The position numbers and the translations under genes are program-made. The notes under the pieces are model-generated. The model was given only the letters and a program-made list of their open reading frames with translations. It searched no databases and was not told the origin of the DNA. From positions 6,462 through 70,461 of the forward strand of contig NZNM01000056.1 of NCBI GenBank assembly GCA_002694885.1: a stretch of 64,000 nt of DNA, read 5' to 3'. Below are positions 58,602 through 64,000 of the stretch, piece by piece (the stretch's first letter is position 1; every line of letters starts with the position of its first letter). This DNA comes from Opitutaceae bacterium (GTDB lineage Bacteria; Verrucomicrobiota; Verrucomicrobiia; Opitutales; Opitutaceae).

Positions 58602-58836
58602 AAGGTGTCCTTGAAAAGCTGAAGCTCGAGTAGAGGAGGGTTAAGTATCTGGCAGGGGCCAGGCGGCATCGCCTGTTCGCAGCGAGATCATCAGAATGAA
58701 AACCGGCAAGGGCTCTCAGCAGGTCCTGATTTGTCGACCGATTGCTTATCCCATTACGGACTTATGAGTCTTGATACTCCGCTTGTCAATCTATCGGGAG
58801 TCAACCATTTTAGCGGGATGCGACAGAGATGTGGTT

Positions 58837-58965
58837 CAGTAGCGCGGAGCTTTAGCCCGCGATTTCGGTACCAGCAGAAGCAGAGGCATCCTGCCAGTGT
58901 GTTTTCCATCGGACACAGGCTGGAAGCCTGTGCTACCTCACGCGGGCTAAAGCTCCGCGCTACTG
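58837..58965. repeat. Nested REP doublets
   Basis: Perfect 25-bp outer arms CAGTAGCGCGGAGCTTTAGCCCGCG / CGCGGGCTAAAGCTCCGCGCTACTG enclose an ACACAGGCTGGAAGCCTGTGCTAC unit. Confidence 0.88.
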
Positions 58966-58981
58966 AGGGCTGCGACCCTGC

Positions 58982-59224
58982 CTATCCCGGATTGAACGTT
59001 GCCGCGTTGATAATGGCCCAGAGGTGGGCGATGAGAGCGAAGGGCAGCGTGATCAGCAAAAGCGGGCTGGAAAAGTAGAGGGCGGCGGTGGCTATGAAGA
59101 AGAAGGCTGCCCAGAGAAGCCGTCCTTGTACGAGTTGGCCGAGACCGGGAATAAAGAAGCTGGCGAGGGCGGCTATGACATTGCCGGACTCGCCGCGTCG
59201 ACTGGACTTGTTGCGTTTAGCCAT
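58982..59224 (-). CDS. Small membrane protein (TM2-like ASFFIPGLGQ family)
   Basis: LASFFIPGLGQLVQG followed by two hydrophobic helices. Confidence 0.7.
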   Translation of the reverse strand: MAKRNKSSRRGESGNVIAALASFFIPGLGQLVQGRLLWAAFFFIATAALYFSSPLLLITLPFALIAHLWAIINAATFNPG

Positions 59225-59307
59225 GGATTCTTAGTAGTTCGCGGCATGAAAGAGGAACGGAGGAGAATTGCAATTCCGCTACGGAGGAGTTTTCTATTTG
59301 GGCGAGA

Positions 59308-60090
59308 ATGGAATTGGTGAAGGGAGTAGCGGTTTTTTGGCTGAGCCTCGGTTTTGGGGCGTCGATTTTTGGGGCGAAGTACCACTCGCAAACGAAGTCT
59401 GGGTTTTTCGAGGGTTCCTTGCGTTATGTGGTGTCGCGCTACTCGCCTCGATCCGGGAAGGCTCTTGAACGAGAGCAGGTGGACATTCTGGCGACTGCCC
59501 AGCGGCTCAGCATCCCTTCTTTAGATATGGCCGATGTTTTCGCCAACAATGCGCCGCCAGGGGTTAGCGCGGCCCTCATTCGGCACGACCGTGACGATTT
59601 CATTATTTATGGAAATGATGTCGATGCGTACCAGTTCAAAGGATACGATCGCATTCTGCTGGGGATGGCATTCCGGGCCTTAGCCCTTTCGGGAGCGCCG
59701 GTAGATTTGGAGAACCCCCTGGTCGATGGTCCATTCGCCTTGCGGAATTTTCGGGCCATGCGTAGCCGTTATTTCGGAGAAGAGGGAATGCGTTACGACA
59801 TGTATTTTTGCAAGGACTACTGCGTGAACTGGGGAGCGTTGGGCGAGTCCTGGCTTTTTGGCTCAGGTGGATTGCGCGTTCCAGAGCTCGATAGCGCTCT
59901 AAAGCGAGGCGAAGTTCCCGTTAGAGTCGAGGTGTACAAGGGCCAATCGAAACTGCTTTCCGTCAACTTGATGGTGGCGGAGGAGTATCGTATTGCGGAG
60001 TCCTTGGTTGCCTTGCCGGCTCAAAAAATTCTGCGCTCGTCGACAACATTGTTGAAGCAGCTCGCCGCTGAGGCCATGGGGCTCGAGTAG
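59308..60090 (+). CDS. Hypothetical secreted protein
   Basis: Signal-peptide-like N-terminus; no recognisable motif. Confidence 0.55.
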   Translation: MELVKGVAVFWLSLGFGASIFGAKYHSQTKSGFFEGSLRYVVSRYSPRSGKALEREQVDILATAQRLSIPSLDMADVFANNAPPGVSAALIRHDRDDFIIYGNDVDAYQFKGYDRILLGMAFRALALSGAPVDLENPLVDGPFALRNFRAMRSRYFGEEGMRYDMYFCKDYCVNWGALGESWLFGSGGLRVPELDSALKRGEVPVRVEVYKGQSKLLSVNLMVAEEYRIAESLVALPAQKILRSSTTLLKQLAAEAMGLE

Positions 60091-60117
60091 GGGCGGCAAT
60101 ATCCTCGGACCATTTGT

Positions 60118-60194
60118 TGCAGGAAGCTCGCTTGCGAGCGATTGTCTCCCTGAAATTGTTCTTCGTTGATTCGCTCACAAGCGAGCTTCCTGCA
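60118..60194. repeat. REP-like inverted doublet, copy 2 (see 8560)
   Basis: TGCAGGAAGCTCGCTTGCGAGCGA ... TCGCTCACAAGCGAGCTTCCTGCA. Confidence 0.85.
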
Positions 60195-60390
60195 AAACAA
60201 ACCGCCCAATACCATCCTCCAAAAAGAAAGAGTAAATGGCGGAGAATGGCGAGGTTTAGGTACTGATTTGCCGATGCGGCATGGCATAAGCCCAGCCTTA
60301 CATGTCGGATCCAATGGGTAGGGTCTCCTTAAATTTACGGGATTGACGGAGGGGCGGTGGCCACTAGCGTAGATCCGGAATCCAACTCCA

Positions 60391-61398
60391 ATGGCTCGAT
60401 CTACCCAGAGGGATGGCCCTCGTCGCCGAGGACCCGGCGTTAAGAAAGGAACGCTTTTCTTCGCTCTGTCTGTCCAGTGCCTTTTATTGGCCCTGACGGT
60501 GTTTGTAATTGTTTTGGACGAACCTGAGACGGAGCCTCCGAAGTTCGAAGGCAATGCCAGTGTATCCGTTAGAAAAGACGATTTCAAAGCTGTCGAACGA
60601 AGAGACCGGTTTATGAAGCGGATGAAACGCTTGCAGCCCATGCAGCGTTTATCGGTTGAATCCGCGGCCCGTGGCGATATGCCGCCGATGCCTGATCTCC
60701 CAATCGATGCCTTTTCATTGGATGCTGGCGACCTGGAGATCGTTGAGGATGCAGGAGCTTTATTGGAGCAGTCCGGATTGCTAGGCGGAAGCTTGTCAGG
60801 TAAGGGGGCCTCATCTGCTGCAGCGTTTTTTGGCGTGCAGGATTCGGGTCGTCGGATCGTTATTGTTGTCAACACGTCGGCATCCGTTGTTCGGAAGGCG
60901 AGGAATCAAGGCGTATCAATCGAAAAGATACATGATGAAGTGGTTTCTCTAATCGGAAACTTGGATAGCGGCACGCTGTTCGGAATCGTCCAGTTCAGCC
61001 AAGGCGGGCGTCGATTCGTTCCTTACCTTGCTCCGGCTATTAAGCGGAACAAGGAAGCCGCTACTCAATGGACGCTCAAGGAGCTGCGCGGCAATCCGAA
61101 GGTGGCGGATGAATCGCTGCTTGGGCACGAAGGCGGTCTGAAGCTAGCAGTTGAAATGGAGCCGGATCTGATTTTCCTGGTTACGGATGGGGTGCTTAAC
61201 AAACGGGTAAAAGTGGACGGCTCCTACAAATATCCGGAAATCTCTTACGATGTTTTAATTGGGTCTATCGATCGAGACTTGCGTCGCCTGGGGGTAAGAA
61301 CGCGAATCCATGCCATTGGATTCGAGCTCAAGGATAAAGATCGTCGTGGGTTAGAGCGATTAACGCGTAGGTTTGGCGGGACGGTAAGAGAATTTTAA
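60391..61398 (+). CDS. Membrane-anchored vWA-domain protein
   Basis: N-terminal TM helix; RIVIVVNTSASV (degenerate MIDAS), FGIVQF, IFLVTDG, IHAIGF. Confidence 0.75.
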   Translation: MARSTQRDGPRRRGPGVKKGTLFFALSVQCLLLALTVFVIVLDEPETEPPKFEGNASVSVRKDDFKAVERRDRFMKRMKRLQPMQRLSVESAARGDMPPMPDLPIDAFSLDAGDLEIVEDAGALLEQSGLLGGSLSGKGASSAAAFFGVQDSGRRIVIVVNTSASVVRKARNQGVSIEKIHDEVVSLIGNLDSGTLFGIVQFSQGGRRFVPYLAPAIKRNKEAATQWTLKELRGNPKVADESLLGHEGGLKLAVEMEPDLIFLVTDGVLNKRVKVDGSYKYPEISYDVLIGSIDRDLRRLGVRTRIHAIGFELKDKDRRGLERLTRRFGGTVREF

Positions 61399-61555
61399 GG
61401 GTGAAGGATGAGGGAGGAAAGATGAATGTGATTAAGATGGACTCGTGCACGCGTTCGCCGCCGTACGACATGCTCATGGCCCTGATCCCGGATTTGAGGG
61501 AGAACGGGCAAGTAGCGACCCTACACGTTTCCAACCAGTTTACTTGTTGTATCTA

Positions 61556-61616
61556 TGCGGGCGAGCCGCCCGCGATCCCGGGGTGCAAATGTGGGCGAGC
61601 CGCCCGCGATCCCGGG
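61556..61616 (+). repeat. Two direct 27-bp copies of a hairpin unit
   Basis: TG(C/T)GGGCGAGCCGCCCGCGATCCCGGG at 61556-61582 and 61590-61616. Confidence 0.85.
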
Positions 61617-61621
61617 ATGTT

Positions 61622-62188
61622 CTAGTATTTGGGAAGGTCGTTTCGGCGGGGATTGATTTGCCCGAGAATGTTTCGCCATAAGGGGGCTTCACCCTCATGT
61701 CCGTGGGTAGCGAGTTGGTTTTCGATAGTTTCTAGGGAGGGAAGCTCGACTTGGTGTTTGGGGTCGCCGGGGAAATCGGGAAGGGCTTTGCAGGACAAGG
61801 CCCAGCAAGCCCAGGAGCGCCACTTGCGTTGTTCCTTACGCGGTGGACCTAGCCGATCGGCATAGTGTTGGAAGTGGACTCGCGGGTTCCCCAGAAAGCG
61901 ATCGCTAGGAGTATATTCTAGAATGTCGACGAGAGCTTGGTAGGGAAGGGGCCAGGTCTCTAGAATCGGTTCGGCTCCAGTCAGATCGGCTCCCCAGGCG
62001 CGATCGAGACAGAGGATTGCCCGAGCTGGCAGACGTTGTCGCCAAAGGTATTGGGCGTACTCGAGGCAGGTCGCGTAAAATTCGGATCCGCGATTCTCCG
62101 CATTGAATCGATTGAGATCGCGCCAATCCATATGCTTGTCAGGAGACGGGAGGCTTGGTAGGTCGTCTAGCGTGATGGGTGAATCCAC
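61622..62188 (-). CDS. Hypothetical protein, 188 aa
   Basis: GTG start; protein-like sequence (YAQYLW..RAILCLDRAW, GNPRVHFQHYA.R). Confidence 0.7.
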   Translation of the reverse strand: MDSPITLDDLPSLPSPDKHMDWRDLNRFNAENRGSEFYATCLEYAQYLWRQRLPARAILCLDRAWGADLTGAEPILETWPLPYQALVDILEYTPSDRFLGNPRVHFQHYADRLGPPRKEQRKWRSWACWALSCKALPDFPGDPKHQVELPSLETIENQLATHGHEGEAPLWRNILGQINPRRNDLPKY

Positions 62189-62504
62189 GATCTCAAGATG
62201 GACTTGGGAGCGTTTTGGGGAAGCCTTTTTGCTCGGCGCTCCGCTGAATTCGGATGCCGCCCGCAGCCTTAATCAGGGGGCGAAGGATGGTTTGGCGAAA
62301 TCAATCGAAGAAAGGCGCAATGATTTGTTGCCAGAGGCTCCGAAATTCTCGTAGGGATGTTGCGTTAAATTAACACACCGATCTGAGGCGTCTACGTGAA
62401 CATTCTCTCACTCGAATCAATCAACCATCAGTTTTCATTGGTTTCGCTCCCGCAGCAGGGCAAGCCGCTAGGGGAGAGATTAGAAAGCTCTCGGATTGGA
62501 CAGG

Positions 62505-62530
62505 AAACCGCCAGCTAGCCATGGCGGTTT
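62505..62530. terminator. Hairpin upstream of purF (terminator-like)
   Basis: AAACCGCCA ... TGGCGGTTT stem; function unclear. Confidence 0.35.
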
Positions 62531-62624
62531 ATCTATTTCCGGCGATCATTGCATGACGGTTTTAGAAGAGCGGGGAATTTAATAAATCTAGAGTGGACCA
62601 GACCCATCGTTTGAGAGACTGCAG

Positions 62625-64000
62625 ATGAGCGAGCTGATTAAACACGAATGCGGCGTTGCCCAGGTTCGGCTTAAAAAGCCGCTAGAATATTTCGCCGACA
62701 AATACGGCACGCCGCTATACGGCTTCTACAAGCTGTTCCTGCTGATGGAAAAGCAGCGGAACCGCGGCCAGGATGGGGCAGGAGTAGCGTCCATCAAGTT
62801 CGACATGCCACCTGGCGAGCCTTACATGTTTCGAGAGCGGAGCGTTAAGAGCAATGCCTTGGACCGTATCTTCAAGGACACGCTCGAGCAGTACAAGAAG
62901 CTGCAGCGCAATGGGGATATATTGCCGGACTATGTGCCGTCGATTAAGTCGAAATTCGATTTTTGCGCGGAGTACTACATGGGGCATTTGCGCTACGGAA
63001 CATCGGGTGGCTATTCTTTGAGCGTTTGCCACCCGTTTTTCCGCCGCAGCAGCTGGCCGACGAAAAATCTGATGCTGGCAGGCAACTTCAACATGACCAA
63101 TACCAAGGAGTTGAACGAAAGCCTAATCTCAATGGGGCAGCATCCCATTTTCGCTACGGACACTCAGGCCCTGCTGGAAAAGGTCGGCTACCATCTGGAT
63201 GAAGCTCACGATAATCTGTATCGCTACCTTAGGGACGAGGGCTACGATGCTGCGGAGATCTCTGATCGAATCTTGGAGGATATAGATCTCGTAAAAGTGT
63301 TTCGCCGGGCCGCGGAGAACTGGGATGGTGGCTATGCGTTGATTGGAGCCATCGGGAATGGAGATAACTTCGCGCTCAGAGATCCTTTGGGAGTTCGGCC
63401 GCTCTTCTACTTCGAGGATGACGAGGTTTTCGCGGCGGCGTCTGAAAGGGCTCCATTGATGACGATTTTCAATAAGAGGATCGAGGATATTGAAGAGGTT
63501 ATGCCCGGCCACATTGTAGTGGTGAAGAAAAGCGGAAAAATAATCCGCGAGCAATTTGTCGAACCTGCCAAGACACGGGCGCAGTGCTCATTCGAGCGGA
63601 TCTACTTTTCGCGAGGAAACGATGCGGATATTTATAAGGAACGGAAAGCCCTGGGGGCTCAGTTGACCAAGCAGGTGATGAAGGAAATTGACGATGATTT
63701 GGAGAACACGATCATCAGCTTTATCCCCAATACCGCGGAAGTCGGCTACTTCGGTCTACTAGAACAGTTGCGACTGGAGCGCAGGGAACGAGTTAAGCAA
63801 ACCATTTTAGAGGCCCAGGAGAGCGGGGAGCTCACCGAAGAGCTCGTGGACGATCTGATTATGCGGAATTGGCCCAGGGGCGAAAAAATCGCCCACAAGG
63901 ACCAGAAACTGCGCACGTTTATTTCTACAGAGGACTCCCGCAACGAAATGGCGACGCATGTATACGATGTCACCTACGGGTTGATCAAAAACGATGACAA
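62625..64000 (+). CDS. purF: Amidophosphoribosyltransferase (long type), truncated by the window end; absent from the ORF track
   Basis: Hand translation MSELIKHECGVAQVRLKKPL..KYG..EKQRNRGQDGAG; MGHLRYGTSG, AGNFNMTN, LRDPLGVRP, CSFERIYFSRG, IPNTAE. The frame appears open to 64000. Confidence 0.93.
   Translation, partial: MSELIKHECGVAQVRLKKPLEYFADKYGTPLYGFYKLFLLMEKQRNRGQDGAGVASIKFDMPPGEPYMFRERSVKSNALDRIFKDTLEQYKKLQRNGDILPDYVPSIKSKFDFCAEYYMGHLRYGTSGGYSLSVCHPFFRRSSWPTKNLMLAGNFNMTNTKELNESLISMGQHPIFATDTQALLEKVGYHLDEAHDNLYRYLRDEGYDAAEISDRILEDIDLVKVFRRAAENWDGGYALIGAIGNGDNFALRDPLGVRPLFYFEDDEVFAAASERAPLMTIFNKRIEDIEEVMPGHIVVVKKSGKIIREQFVEPAKTRAQCSFERIYFSRGNDADIYKERKALGAQLTKQVMKEIDDDLENTIISFIPNTAEVGYFGLLEQLRLERRERVKQTILEAQESGELTEELVDDLIMRNWPRGEKIAHKDQKLRTFISTEDSRNEMATHVYDVTYGLIKNDD

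Noticed and set aside
61400-61534. LNHIH peptide on the minus strand resembling a RAYT HUH motif
   Set aside because: Very short frame that arises largely from the GGATGAA tract; no other transposase motifs.
62190-62624. Possible purine or ZTP riboswitch upstream of purF
   Set aside because: No consensus elements recognised; only one simple hairpin.
1-64000. rRNA, tRNA, integrase, transposase or prophage genes
   Set aside because: None recognised; the many remaining short ORF-track entries overlap confident genes and are treated as non-coding frames.

Overview
This 64 kb window looks like Verrucomicrobiota, probably Opitutia/Opitutales. The inference rests on PSD1/DUF1549-DUF1553 + DUF1501 and DUF1592 + DUF1552 gene pairs, an Opitutae-style TonB receptor and LacI regulator, and four sulfatases. 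It is almost entirely an accessory catabolic region. In order: a 5'-truncated TonB-dependent receptor; a minus-strand trio (sugar-phosphate isomerase-like, FG-GAP/UnbV protein, 772-aa unknown); an island of about 18 kb that opens with an AraC gene and holds a PhyH-type dioxygenase, a tandem di-iron ferritin-like protein, a creatininase-family hydrolase, an aldo/keto reductase, a Gfo/Idh/MocA oxidoreductase, a Tat-exported PLP enzyme, an exported Rid protein, two paralogous unknown secreted enzymes each paired with a BNR propeller, two MDR dehydrogenases and a lipoprotein PepE; an AT-rich iron-uptake islet (AraC, TonB receptor, divergent Cys-rich HemS-like protein); a vapBC + AAA/DUF4143 islet; a sugar dehydrogenase-epimerase-aldolase operon; two damaged genes (5'-truncated DUF1501, amber-interrupted NHL/PAL-like gene); and purF running off the 3' end. 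Many intergenic spaces carry GTAG/GTGG-capped REP-like hairpins from several families, with compensatory stem changes and nesting. No rRNA, tRNA, CRISPR array, transposase or integrase was recognised. The best candidates for an undescribed system are the PhyH + tandem di-iron pair and the mirrored RGDTENH-enzyme/BNR-propeller modules in 8818-26850. All functional calls come from motif recognition; no database search was run.
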